Positions 19,503 through 30,847 are shown, counted from the stretch's first letter. The stretch is 64,000 nucleotides of DNA from Vulcanimicrobiaceae bacterium (GCA_049792675.1 JBARBD010000101.1:1091-65090), one strand, 5' to 3'. Translations and numbers: made by a program. The notes: generated by a model from the letters alone, not told the origin.

Positions 19503-20075
19503 ATGATAGGCCACTTCGCAACCTCGCTGCGCATCACGGTCTTCTCGGTGATCCTCTTCGGATTGCTCTATCCGCTGGCGATGACCGGGCTCGCGCAGGC
19601 GCTCTTTCCCAAGGCCGCCAACGGCTCGCTGGTTTCGCGCGACGGCAAGGTCGTCGGCTCCGCGCTCATCGGTCAGCTCTGGACCAAACCGCAGTACTTT
19701 CACGGCCGCCCGTCGGCAGCCGGCAAGGGCTACGATCCGACCTCGACCGGCGCCACCAACTTCGGGCCGACGTCGAAGAAGTTGATCGACTCGACTAAAG
19801 CGACGATCGCGCAGCTCGAAAAGGAGAATCCCGGCGCGAACGGACCGCCGCCCGTCGACCTCGTTACTTCCAGCGCAAGTGGCATCGATCCGGACATCAG
19901 CCCCGAAGCTGCGTATTGGCAAGCGCCGCGCGTCGCCAAGGCCCGCGGGCTCACCCTCGCTGCCGTCAACGCGCTCATTACGCCGCACGTCAGCGGCCGC
20001 ACCTTCGGCTTCCTCGGCGAACCCCGGGTGAACGTCTTGGAGCTCAATCTCGACCTCGACCGTCTATCCCGCTAA
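19503..20075 (+). CDS. kdpC: K+-transporting ATPase subunit C
   Basis: 190 aa. N-terminal TM segment, GSALIGQ, SGIDPDISPEAA, and gene order after kdpB. Confidence 0.92.
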   Translation: MIGHFATSLRITVFSVILFGLLYPLAMTGLAQALFPKAANGSLVSRDGKVVGSALIGQLWTKPQYFHGRPSAAGKGYDPTSTGATNFGPTSKKLIDSTKATIAQLEKENPGANGPPPVDLVTSSASGIDPDISPEAAYWQAPRVAKARGLTLAAVNALITPHVSGRTFGFLGEPRVNVLELNLDLDRLSR

Positions 20076-20115
20076 AGCCCGCAGTGCTCTGCGGCCACGC
20101 TCCTGCGCTCCGACG

Positions 20116-21315
20116 TCATTCCCCGATGCACAAACCTTGCGTGCGCGTGAATTTCCCCTTGAAGGAGAACTTCCCGCCGGTTCCTATCGACTTCGTCCGA
20201 TAGAACCACGAAAAGAATGCGAGCTGCTGCGGGTGGTACGTGAAGCCATTGTAGCGGACTTCGAATTGCGTACCGGTAAGCGGATCGCCCGTTTCAAGAT
20301 TGCCTTGACAACTACCCTTCGGGACTTGACCGACCCCGCCCCACGGTGGGACCGAGTTGGCCTTTGTATCCGAAAGCGGAAAGGGGTTGTCCAGAAGGTC
20401 GCCGAGCTCGTGAGTGAGAGTATCGATGTCGGCGCTGGTCGGCTGTTTGAATATCCCGCTATCGTTATACGTAGCGATCGTATAGACGCGCGTGCCGTCG
20501 GCGCCAAAGGCACTGTGGAAGCCGCCAATACAGCATCTCCCATTGTACGTTTCGAAGGTGTTGTATGTAAGAAAGAGTGCGATTTGGTTTGGCTTGACCC
20601 GTTTCTGTGCGAGGTTTACGATGATGCGGTTCATTGCGTCCACGTCTATGGCGCCGATCCGGTGGCCGCGGCCGGAGCAAACTCCGTCATGAGTCGAAGA
20701 ACCGGCGGGTGCGTTGACGTCCACGATAATCGCTCCGACCGTTTTTAGCACCGTATGATAACGCGGCCCTTTGAGAACTTTCCAGAACTCGGCACGCTGA
20801 AAGCCGTCGGTGATTTGCACTTTGCCCACGTTGACGCCATTCGATGTCAGGGGTACTGGAGCAAAGTTCGGCCCCATCAGCGCCCGGTTCTTGACCGAGA
20901 CCGTATCGCCGCAAGCAGGCTTCGACGGGTCGAGCACCGTTCCGTCGGCAAAGTGCACGCGCAACGCGATCGGTTTGTACAGAACGTTGGTGGTGGCGTT
21001 GCTCTTAACGGGATCGCTCCCAACGATTCTGTATGAATACACCACATTATCGAGCGGCGACTTGATTGTCCCGCTGTAGAATTGAATCGTAAGGGAAGCA
21101 TCCCGCTGCGCATCGAGCGACGAAAAATCAACGTTACGCGACGGCAGCGTTAGAAACGTCGGCGCCGAGTTATCGAAGCCAGCATTGAGTGAACTGCGGA
21201 CCTGTAGCTGATTATCGGCTTGAGGCTGCGTTGGAATCAGGGCGACGTGTCCCAGGCAGCCCACCAAGACGGCCGTCGAAAGGCAAATGCCTATAGCTCG
21301 CATCGAGATCTTCAT
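20116..21315 (-). CDS. Lipoprotein of unknown function (low-GC insert in the kdp locus)
   Basis: ATG 21315 with GGAGGA 6 nt upstream. Lipobox-like LVGC. No family recognised; contains GRCCIGGFHS and THELGDLLDNPF. Visibly lower GC than the flanks. Confidence 0.7.
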   Translation of the reverse strand: MKISMRAIGICLSTAVLVGCLGHVALIPTQPQADNQLQVRSSLNAGFDNSAPTFLTLPSRNVDFSSLDAQRDASLTIQFYSGTIKSPLDNVVYSYRIVGSDPVKSNATTNVLYKPIALRVHFADGTVLDPSKPACGDTVSVKNRALMGPNFAPVPLTSNGVNVGKVQITDGFQRAEFWKVLKGPRYHTVLKTVGAIIVDVNAPAGSSTHDGVCSGRGHRIGAIDVDAMNRIIVNLAQKRVKPNQIALFLTYNTFETYNGRCCIGGFHSAFGADGTRVYTIATYNDSGIFKQPTSADIDTLTHELGDLLDNPFPLSDTKANSVPPWGGVGQVPKGSCQGNLETGDPLTGTQFEVRYNGFTYHPQQLAFFSWFYRTKSIGTGGKFSFKGKFTRTQGLCIGE

Positions 21316-21478
21316 GATTGGTCCTCCGAAGGAACGACGAGGAAACCGGTAAACCCCCGATTGCCCCCCTAAAGCAAAAAATACGCGGTTCGAGGTACGA
21401 GAAGCGCGCCCTCGGCTCCATCTTAGCACTTAAGCCGCCTCTCGGGGAGCCGCCTCGGCCCACGGCTCCGCAGCAAGC

Positions 21479-23605
21479 CTACTCTTCGAACGATGGAGTG
21501 CTGGCCGGCGCGGGGCGCATGAGCACGAGCAGTTCGCGGGCACCGGCCTCGAGCAGGCGTCGCGCGAACGACGGGCGGCCGAAGAAGCGAGGCGCGCGGT
21601 TCGTGCCGGCCAGCGCAATCGTCGTCTCGGGTCGCTCGCGTGCGATCTCGATCAGGCGGCGCGGCGCATTTTCGGCGATCTCTTCGATCCAATCGGCGTT
21701 CGTCTTGCGCGCCTCGGCGCGAAGCGATTCGATCGCGCCGGGGTCGGGATGCGAACGAGGTTCGACGACGTGGGCGACGGCGAACTCGATCGCCAGGCGC
21801 GCCGCGACGCGGCTGGCGCGCGGGATCATCGGCAGGTCGACGTGGCGCGAACCGACCGCGAGCAGAATGCGCTCGAACGGGGAGGTGATGCGCTCGCGAT
21901 GGCGCGCCCGCAGCGCTTCGCGCAAGGCGAGTTCGCGCAGAGCGAAGAGGTTCTCGATGCGAAAGAAGTTCGCGAGGGCGGCCTCGCAGCGCTCGGGCGG
22001 ATAGATCTTGCCCTCGCGCAGGCGTTGGCGCAGCGCCTCGGGCGTGACGTCGATGAGAATGACCTCGTCGGCGAGCGTGAGGATGCCGTCGGGAAGGATC
22101 TCGCGCACCGTCGTTCCGGTCAGGCGCAAGATCGTATCGCCCAGCCCTTCTAAGTGCTGGATGTTGAGGGTCGTAATCACGTCGATGCCGGCGCGCAGCA
22201 CGGCCAGGACGTCGTAGAATCGTTTCGGCGCGACCGAGCCGGGCGCGTTGGTATGCGCGAGCTCGTCGATCAGCGCGACCTGCGGCTTACGCGCGATGAG
22301 CGCGTCGCGATCGAGCTCGCGGTAGGTAATGCCGTTCGCGCTGATGCTCTTGGTCGGCAGTACCTCGAGCCCGTCGAGCAGTGCCGCGGTCTCTTTGCGC
22401 CCGTGCGTCTCGACGAATCCGGCCACGACGTCGACGCCCTCGGCTTTGAGCTGGTGCGCCCGGTCGAGCATCGCGTAGGTCTTGCCGGCGCCGGCCGCCG
22501 CACCGAGATAGACGGTGAGCCGCCCGTAGCCGACGCGCAGACGGTCTCCCGCCGTCTGCGAATAGGGAGAGCGCGCCGGGTTCTCGCCGAGGTACGTTTG
22601 GCCGGCGCCGACGATGAAGAGATCGTAGGGAAGCACGGCGTTGGCCAGCTTCGCCGCCGTCTTTCCGCTGGGAAGCGCGACGAGCGAAGCCCGCAGCGCG
22701 TCGCCGGAAAGGCTCGCCGCATCGATCGCTTCGTGCAGGATCTCACCGCCGAGCTCGCGGCTGATGCGCTCGAGCGAGACGCGATCGACGCCGGGGGCTG
22801 GGACGACCTCGAGGCCTAGATCGAGCGCGTGCGCGATCGCCGCGGTGCGCTTGAGGTACGGCGCCGGATCGAGCCCCGGATAGACGAAGGCGGCCGCCAT
22901 CGAGGTGCGGCCGGCTTTGACCACGGGCAGCGTGAGATTGTCTACCGTGCGCAAGAGGAGTTCGCGCAGCATGTAGAGCGTCTGCTCTTTGAAAATGCCG
23001 CTGAGCGCGCGCTCGATATCTTGCTCGTTGACGATTTTCCCGGCCCGTACCCGGCTCTGAAGGATCCGCGGCGAGACGTCGAGCGCGATCACTTCGTCGG
23101 CTGCCTGAAGGAACGAGAGCGGAATGATTTCGCGCACGGGATAGCCGATCAGCGCTTCGGCGGTCGGCGCGACGGTCTCGAGGTGCTGGATATTGAAGGC
23201 CCCGATCACCCCGATCCCCGCCTGTTTCAAAGAGAGCGCGTCTTGCCATCGCTTGGCGTTGGGCGCGCCGCCGAGATTGTCGTGCGCGAGCTCGTCGAGC
23301 ACCACGAGGTCGGGTTTCTCGCGCAGCGCAGCCTCGAGGTCGAAGTCTTCGAAGTTGCGATCGCCGATCTTCACCTGGCGCGGCGGGATGCGTGGAAGCC
23401 CGATCAGCGCGCGCTCGAGATCGGGTCGCCCCTTGGTTTCGATCCAGCCGATCGCGATGCGCTTGCCGTCTTCTTGGAGCCGGCGAGCGTCGTTCAAAAG
23501 CCGGCGCGTCTTCCCCGAACCGGGAGCGCTCGCGACGTAGACCACGAGTCGCGCGCGACCGCCCAGTTCGCGCAGCAGCTCCTCCGCCTTCGCCGTTCGA
23601 TCCAC
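21479..23605 (-). CDS. Kinase-less protein with two tandem KdpD N-terminal sensor modules (P-loop domain plus Usp-like region, twice)
   Basis: Module 1: VVYVASAPGSGKT...VVLDELAH...AFNIQHLE. Module 2: TVYLGAAAGAGKTYAML...ALIDELAHTN...TLNIQHLE. Each is followed by about 120-140 aa of Usp-like sequence. No TM segment, HisKA or HATPase region. Confidence 0.8.
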   Translation of the reverse strand: MDRTAKAEELLRELGGRARLVVYVASAPGSGKTRRLLNDARRLQEDGKRIAIGWIETKGRPDLERALIGLPRIPPRQVKIGDRNFEDFDLEAALREKPDLVVLDELAHDNLGGAPNAKRWQDALSLKQAGIGVIGAFNIQHLETVAPTAEALIGYPVREIIPLSFLQAADEVIALDVSPRILQSRVRAGKIVNEQDIERALSGIFKEQTLYMLRELLLRTVDNLTLPVVKAGRTSMAAAFVYPGLDPAPYLKRTAAIAHALDLGLEVVPAPGVDRVSLERISRELGGEILHEAIDAASLSGDALRASLVALPSGKTAAKLANAVLPYDLFIVGAGQTYLGENPARSPYSQTAGDRLRVGYGRLTVYLGAAAGAGKTYAMLDRAHQLKAEGVDVVAGFVETHGRKETAALLDGLEVLPTKSISANGITYRELDRDALIARKPQVALIDELAHTNAPGSVAPKRFYDVLAVLRAGIDVITTLNIQHLEGLGDTILRLTGTTVREILPDGILTLADEVILIDVTPEALRQRLREGKIYPPERCEAALANFFRIENLFALRELALREALRARHRERITSPFERILLAVGSRHVDLPMIPRASRVAARLAIEFAVAHVVEPRSHPDPGAIESLRAEARKTNADWIEEIAENAPRRLIEIARERPETTIALAGTNRAPRFFGRPSFARRLLEAGARELLVLMRPAPASTPSFEE

Positions 23606-23661
23606 GGCTGCTGCCTTCGCGAACGTGCAAGGCGCCCCCGCCGACCGGCCCGAAAACGAAG

Positions 23662-25221
23662 TTGCTAGTGGCCCTCCTCTGTTACGCGTTGCTGGTTGCC
23701 GCTTGGATCGTCGATCTGGTGACGCCGCAGTTGTTCATCGCGGCGATTCTCCTCAACGGACCGATCGCGCTCAGCAGCCTCACGCTCCAAGGGCGGCTTA
23801 CGAGGAATCTCGTGATCGCCGCGCTGATTGCAAACGTGGTCGCCGGCTACGTCAACGGCGTGCAGGCCGGCTACCATTGGGACGGCGTCGCGATCGGGGA
23901 CCGGCTCCTCTTGGCGGCCTCGTTCGTGCTCGTCGGTTACCTGAGCATCAAGGCGCAAGAGTTCGCGCGCGAAACCGGTGTCTCGGCGGGGCGAATGCGG
24001 CAAGTCGAGATCGAGAAGGCCCTGCGTGAGGCCACCGGGCGCGTGCGCGAGACGTTGAACGTCGAGCTCGTGCAGCGCGCGATTACGCGCGAGTCGGTCG
24101 GACTGCTCGGCGCTTCGAAGGCGACGCTCGTCGCGCGCGATGCGCCGTTTGGAGCTCCGCTGGTCTTCTCGTATGCCAAGGGCGACGCCGACGTCTCGGT
24201 CCAACGTCGCCCGCTGTCGGCCGAGATCGCTTCGCTGGCGGTGCGCGCCGAGGAGCGGCCCGAGATCATTCGCCTGACCGGCGACGACGCGTTCGGCCGG
24301 CTCACGCTGGCTGCGCTCGGAGCGCACGAGGCGTTCGCGTCGCCGATCGCCACCGCTGGCGCGACCGAACATCTGCTGATCGCGACGGTCGATGCCTCGA
24401 CCGCCTTCGTCGCCGACGCGCAGACGACGTTACGGGCCTTTGCCGAACAGGCCGCGATGGCGCTCGAACAGGCACGGCTCTTCGCGCAGCTCGGCGAGCG
24501 CAACGAAGAGATCGCACGTCAGAAAGACGTGCTAGCCGATCGCAGCGACGTCATCCGCGACATCGTTTACGCGCTAGCGCACGATCTGCGCACGCCGCTT
24601 GCCGCCGCTCACGTGACGATGCGCCAGGCGCTCGCGGGTGCGTACGGCGAGCTTCCGGAGCGCTACTTGGAGATCTTGCGCACCGCGCTGGCGACCAACG
24701 ACGATCAGCGTCGCATCGTCGAGACGCTCCTCTTGGTCGCGCGCTACGAGGCCGGCGAGGCCTCCACCGTTCGACAGCAAATCCCGGCCGGCGAGCTGGT
24801 GGGGCGCGTCACCGACGAACTGCGTCCGGTCGCGGAGGTCAAGGGCGTCGAGCTTCGCTCCGAGCTTGCCGAGGATCCGCTAACGACGATCGGCGACCCG
24901 CACGAGATCCGCCGGGCGATCGCGAATCTGCTCGCCAATGCCATCGACGCGACGCCACGGGGTGGACATATCGTGGTACGCGGTTATCGCAGCGGAGAGG
25001 CCGTTGCGATCGCCGTCGACGACGACGGCTACGGCGTGCCCGAAGCGCGTCGTGCCGGCCTCTTCCAACGCTTCGGCGGCGGCCATCCCGGGGCCGGTAC
25101 CGGGCTGGGTCTCTACATCGTTCGCAGGATCGCGGAGAAGAGCGGCGGCAGCGTCGCCTACGCCCCGCGAGACCCGCGCGGCAGCACGTTTACGATGACG
25201 TTGCCGTGGGTGACGGAATGA
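23662..25221 (+). CDS. Membrane sensor histidine kinase (multi-TM, GAF-like, HisKA, HATPase)
   Basis: Hydrophobic N-terminal segments (LLVALLCYALLVAAWIV...), H-box YALAHDLRTPL, N-box ANLLANAID, G-boxes DDDGYGVP and GTGLGL. Start set at TTG 23662 or GTG 23668 because the longer track ORF overlaps the divergent gene. Confidence 0.85.
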   Translation: MLVALLCYALLVAAWIVDLVTPQLFIAAILLNGPIALSSLTLQGRLTRNLVIAALIANVVAGYVNGVQAGYHWDGVAIGDRLLLAASFVLVGYLSIKAQEFARETGVSAGRMRQVEIEKALREATGRVRETLNVELVQRAITRESVGLLGASKATLVARDAPFGAPLVFSYAKGDADVSVQRRPLSAEIASLAVRAEERPEIIRLTGDDAFGRLTLAALGAHEAFASPIATAGATEHLLIATVDASTAFVADAQTTLRAFAEQAAMALEQARLFAQLGERNEEIARQKDVLADRSDVIRDIVYALAHDLRTPLAAAHVTMRQALAGAYGELPERYLEILRTALATNDDQRRIVETLLLVARYEAGEASTVRQQIPAGELVGRVTDELRPVAEVKGVELRSELAEDPLTTIGDPHEIRRAIANLLANAIDATPRGGHIVVRGYRSGEAVAIAVDDDGYGVPEARRAGLFQRFGGGHPGAGTGLGLYIVRRIAEKSGGSVAYAPRDPRGSTFTMTLPWVTE

Positions 25222-25862
25222 CCGAGGCACCGGCGCGCGCGCGCGTCGCGATCGTCGAAGACCATGCCCTAACGCGTGCCGGCTTGCGAACCGCGCTCGC
25301 GGGCAGCTTCGACGTGGTCGCCGAGGCCGCCGACGGTGCGAGCGGATGGGAGGCGATCGAACGCGAGCACCCGGACGTCGCGGTCATCGACATCGGCCTG
25401 CCGGCGATCGACGGCATCACGCTCACGCGCCGCGTGCGCGCCGAGCTGCCCGCGACCCATGTCGTTATCGTGACGATGATCGACCTCGAAGATGAGGTGC
25501 TTGCAGCGCTGGCCGCGGGCGCCGACGCCTACTGTCTGAAGAGCTCCGAGCCCGAGCGCATCGTCGAAGCGGTGCGAATCGCAAGCGAAGGAGGCGCATA
25601 CTTCGATCCGCAGATCGCGCACGTCGTGCTGGCGCGCTTCTCCGGCGGCACCACGGGGGACCCGCGCTCGTCGCCGCTCACGCCGCGCGAAACCGAGATC
25701 GTGCGCCTGATCTCCGAGGGGACGGCCAACGCCGAAATTGCCGAGCGGCTGCACATCGGGTTGGGTACCGTCAAAGGCCATATCCGCGATATCTTACAGA
25801 AGCTCTCGGCCGCCGACCGAACCCAAGCCGCGGTCGTTGCGCTCAAGAAGGGCTATATCTAG
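25218..25862 (+). CDS. Response regulator, NarL/LuxR family (REC plus LuxR-type HTH)
   Basis: VAIVEDHALTR...VAVIDIGLPAIDG receiver domain. C-terminal LTPRETEIVRLISEGTANAEIAERLHIGLGTVKGHIRDILQKL. ATG 25218 overlaps the kinase stop (ATGA). Confidence 0.9.
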   Translation: MTEAPARARVAIVEDHALTRAGLRTALAGSFDVVAEAADGASGWEAIEREHPDVAVIDIGLPAIDGITLTRRVRAELPATHVVIVTMIDLEDEVLAALAAGADAYCLKSSEPERIVEAVRIASEGGAYFDPQIAHVVLARFSGGTTGDPRSSPLTPRETEIVRLISEGTANAEIAERLHIGLGTVKGHIRDILQKLSAADRTQAAVVALKKGYI

Positions 25863-25880
25863 GCAGACCGCCTGCGAGGC

Positions 25881-26561
25881 TTACGCGCCGATCAGCGCGC
25901 GCACGCGTTCGGCCGCACCGTTCTTGACGATCACGATCATTGCGTCGCCCGCGCGCAGGGTCGTGTCGCCGGTCGGGATCTCGAGATCGCGATCGGGCCG
26001 ATCGACCGCGACCACCACCGAGTTGTGCGGGAAGTCGATCTCCGAAAGGCGCTTTCCATTCACCGGCGACCGTTCCGGAATCGCGACCTTGACCAGCTGC
26101 ATGTCGCCCTTGCCGAAGAGGTGCATCGTCTCGAGCATCGAGCGATACTTCGAAGCGTTGACGTGCTCGTTGAGGACGTCGAGAATCAACTCGGTCGACG
26201 AAATTACGATCACCGGGTCGTCCTGGTCGAGCGAGTTGAAGATCAGCTTGTTGGCGGGATTATTGACCCGGGCGATGCAGCGAGCTTTCGACTTGCGCTT
26301 CGAGAGAAGGACGACGACGAGATTGTCTTCGTCGTCGCCGGTATCCGCGACGACGACGTCGGCGCGCGCGAGGCCGGCGGCCTCGAGCACGACCGGGTCG
26401 CACCCGTCGCCCGTAACCGTTACCTGCCGGTCGACCAGCCGCTCGAGCATCTTCGCTTTCCGCTCGTCCTTCTCGACGACGACGACTTCGTGGCCCTGGT
26501 TGAGCAGCGCGCGGCTGAGATACGATCCGACCTTGCCGCCGCCGACGATGAGGATGAACAT
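25881..26561 (-). CDS. TrkA/KtrA-like K+ transport regulatory protein (RCK: TrkA_N plus TrkA_C)
   Basis: MFILIVGGGKVGSYLSRALLNQGHEVVVVE Rossmann motif and a C-terminal RCK-C-like half. 226 aa. Confidence 0.85.
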   Translation of the reverse strand: MFILIVGGGKVGSYLSRALLNQGHEVVVVEKDERKAKMLERLVDRQVTVTGDGCDPVVLEAAGLARADVVVADTGDDEDNLVVVLLSKRKSKARCIARVNNPANKLIFNSLDQDDPVIVISSTELILDVLNEHVNASKYRSMLETMHLFGKGDMQLVKVAIPERSPVNGKRLSEIDFPHNSVVVAVDRPDRDLEIPTGDTTLRAGDAMIVIVKNGAAERVRALIGA

Positions 26562-26567
26562 CGCGCC

Positions 26568-27251
26568 TTACGCCGTCGCTTTCGCGCGCACGACCGACGA
26601 GCGGAAACGCTGGGCGAACTCGCCGATCGCTTCGGGCGCGACGACGGCATTGAGCTCGTCGCCTTCCTGCAGCACGAGTTCGTTCGAAGCGACGACGATC
26701 TCACGCATGCCGCGGCGTACGGCCGCGATGCGAATCCGTCCGGCTTGCTCGATCTCGCCGACTCGCTTTCCCGCGTCGCCCGAGCCGACGATCACCGAGA
26801 GCGAACTCAGCTGGCCGTAGTCGAAAGTCGCAAGCGTATCCCAGGGCGCGTCCAACAAGACGTCGCGGATCAGCTTGGCGCCGACCGTCGTCGGGCAGAC
26901 GGTCTGAACGCCGAGCTCGCGATACATTTGCCCACGCGGCGGATCGTAGATGCGCGCCACGATCCGTTTGATCTTGAACATGCGTTGCGCGATCAGCGCG
27001 GCCATGATGTTGCGATTGTCGCCGTTGGTGACGGCGATGAATCCATCGGCGGTCGCGGCGCCGGCCCGCTTGAGCACGTCGTAGTCGATGCCGGTGCCGA
27101 CGACCTCGTGGCCTTTGAACTTTGCGGGGAGCCGCTTGAATGCGGCGGCGTTCTCGTCGACGACGATCACCTCGTGCCCGTCGGCGTCGAGGAGTTTCGC
27201 AAGTGCGGAGCCCACGCGCCCGCACCCGACGATCAGGTATCTCATGAGCAA
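26568..27251 (-). CDS. TrkA/KtrA-like K+ transport regulatory protein, second paralog
   Basis: MRYLIVGCGRVGSALAKLLDADGHEVIVVDE. 227 aa, 6 nt upstream of the first paralog. Confidence 0.85.
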   Translation of the reverse strand: MLMRYLIVGCGRVGSALAKLLDADGHEVIVVDENAAAFKRLPAKFKGHEVVGTGIDYDVLKRAGAATADGFIAVTNGDNRNIMAALIAQRMFKIKRIVARIYDPPRGQMYRELGVQTVCPTTVGAKLIRDVLLDAPWDTLATFDYGQLSSLSVIVGSGDAGKRVGEIEQAGRIRIAAVRRGMREIVVASNELVLQEGDELNAVVAPEAIGEFAQRFRSSVVRAKATA

Positions 27252-27346
27252 CCACCCAGCTTCAGAGGCCGCTTGGTATTACCCTTGCGCGCCGCCGCCC
27301 GGGCGGTAAAGGAGGGTGGCGCGGCGCTGCGAAAGCCCAGTGGCCT

Positions 27347-27420
<74 letters not shown>

Positions 27421-27463
27421 TATTCCCCCTCCCGCAGCGGAGTCGAAGGACCCAGAAGACCGC

Positions 27464-27868
27464 TTGTTCTCCAAATTCAACCCAGCGGCGCGACGCGTGC
27501 TTCGAGTCGCCGAGCAAGAGTGCCGTAATCATAGCCACTACTACGTCGGCGCAGAACACTTGCTGGTCGCCTTGCTCGAAGAGCGCGATCCGTCAACGCT
27601 GCGCGCGCTCGACGCCGACGGGATCGACGTTCGCGAGGTGCACGCCGAGGTGCGCCGGGCGCTCGGTACCGGCGAGGACCGGCTCTGGGAGGGAATCCTC
27701 ATCACACCGCGCGTTCGCCGCATCATCGCGCTGGCGGAGCAAGCGGCGGGTTCGCGCGACGTCGCCCCGATCGACCTCTTCCGGGCCCTACGCTCGGAGG
27801 GCGGGAGTTCGGCGGCCGAGATTCTGAGGCGAGCCTCCACGCGTAACACCGCATCCGCGATGGAGTAA
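27464..27868 (+). CDS. Stand-alone Clp N-terminal (Clp_N repeat) domain protein
   Basis: LFSKFNPAARRVLRVAEQECRNHSHYYVGAEHLLVALLEE, with a second repeat ITPRVRRIIALAEQ. No AAA+ module. TTG 27464 is chosen because the longer track ORF overlaps the tRNA. Confidence 0.75.
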   Translation: MFSKFNPAARRVLRVAEQECRNHSHYYVGAEHLLVALLEERDPSTLRALDADGIDVREVHAEVRRALGTGEDRLWEGILITPRVRRIIALAEQAAGSRDVAPIDLFRALRSEGGSSAAEILRRASTRNTASAME

Positions 27869-27873
27869 GGCTC

Positions 27874-28514
27874 TTGGTGGAGCATCTACAGCACGCCGTC
27901 GTCGCGCTGATCGACCAGTACGGGTATTTTGGCCTCTTTATCGGCTTGGCGCTGGGCAATCTCGGCGTTCCGGTCGGCACGGAGGTGATCATGCCGGTCG
28001 CGGGGGCTCTGACGGCGACCGGCCACCTGAGCAATCTCTGGCTGACCATCGCGATCTCGATCGCAGGCGAGCTGACCGGCGCTTCGGCGGGATACGCGAT
28101 CGGCCGCTACGGCGGCGTGCCCGTGATCGAACGTTACGGAAAATACGTCCATTTCACTCACGCCCGGCTCATGGGCGTGCATCGTTTCTTCGAGCGCTGG
28201 GGAACGTTTGCGATCTTCATCTGCCGCTTCTTGCCGGTCGTGCGCGGCATCGCGTCGATCCCGGCCGGAATCGCCGAGATGAACGTCGCGCTCTTCCTGC
28301 TCTGGACGTTCCTGGGCTCGCTGATCTTCTGCTCGTCCTTGGTGCTGCTCGGGCATACGCTCGGCGGGCACCTCGACCAGGTGATGCCGCTCCTCCACCG
28401 GGGCGGGTACGTCGTGCTGGGCGTCGCGATCGTCGCGGTCGCCGTCGCCGCGATCGTGATGCGTCGAGCGCGGCCGAGCGTCATGCGCTCTAGGCCCGAC
28501 GACGCCGGCGTGGG

Positions 28515-28518
<4 letters not shown>
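27874..28518 (+). CDS. DedA/SNARE-associated family membrane protein
   Basis: YGYFGLFIGLALGNLGVPVGTEVIMPVAG and RFLPVVRGIASIPAG, typical DedA motifs. Confidence 0.85.
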
Positions 28519-30470
<1,952 letters not shown>

Positions 30471-30475
30471 GGGCT

Positions 30476-30847
30476 ATGGGCTTAGTACTGCGGTTCCTCG
30501 TCAATGCGATCGTGCTCTATCTGATCGCGAAGTACGTTCCGGGGTTTAACCACGACATCACCGTTTGGACGGCGATCATCGCGGCGGTCGTCTTCGGCCT
30601 CGTAAACGCGCTCATCGGGCCGGTTTTGCGGCTGATCTCGTTCCCGATCACGTGGCTGACGCACGGGCTCTTCTCGCTGGTCATCAACTACCTGCTCTTC
30701 ATCATCACGGTCTGGCTCGCGCCGGGATTCCACAATACGGGCGAGATCAGCCCGTGGCTTGCCAACCTGTACGGCGCGATCATCATGATGCTCGTTTCGA
30801 CGCTGATGTCGATGGGGAGCAAAGCCGAGTCTCGCGCGGGCTCCTAG
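30476..30847 (+). CDS. Small 4-TM membrane protein (phage holin family IV / DUF360-like)
   Basis: MGLVLRFLVNAIVLYLIAKYVPGF...AIIAAVVFGLVNALIGPVLRLISFPITWLT. ATG 30476 with AGGAGG upstream. Confidence 0.7.
   Translation: MGLVLRFLVNAIVLYLIAKYVPGFNHDITVWTAIIAAVVFGLVNALIGPVLRLISFPITWLTHGLFSLVINYLLFIITVWLAPGFHNTGEISPWLANLYGAIIMMLVSTLMSMGSKAESRAGS

Noticed and set aside
20076-20115. Hairpin CCGCAG-tgct-CTGCGG between convergent kdpC and the lipoprotein gene, as a bidirectional terminator.
   Set aside because: The stem is only 6 bp and there is no U/A tract on either side. Too weak to call.
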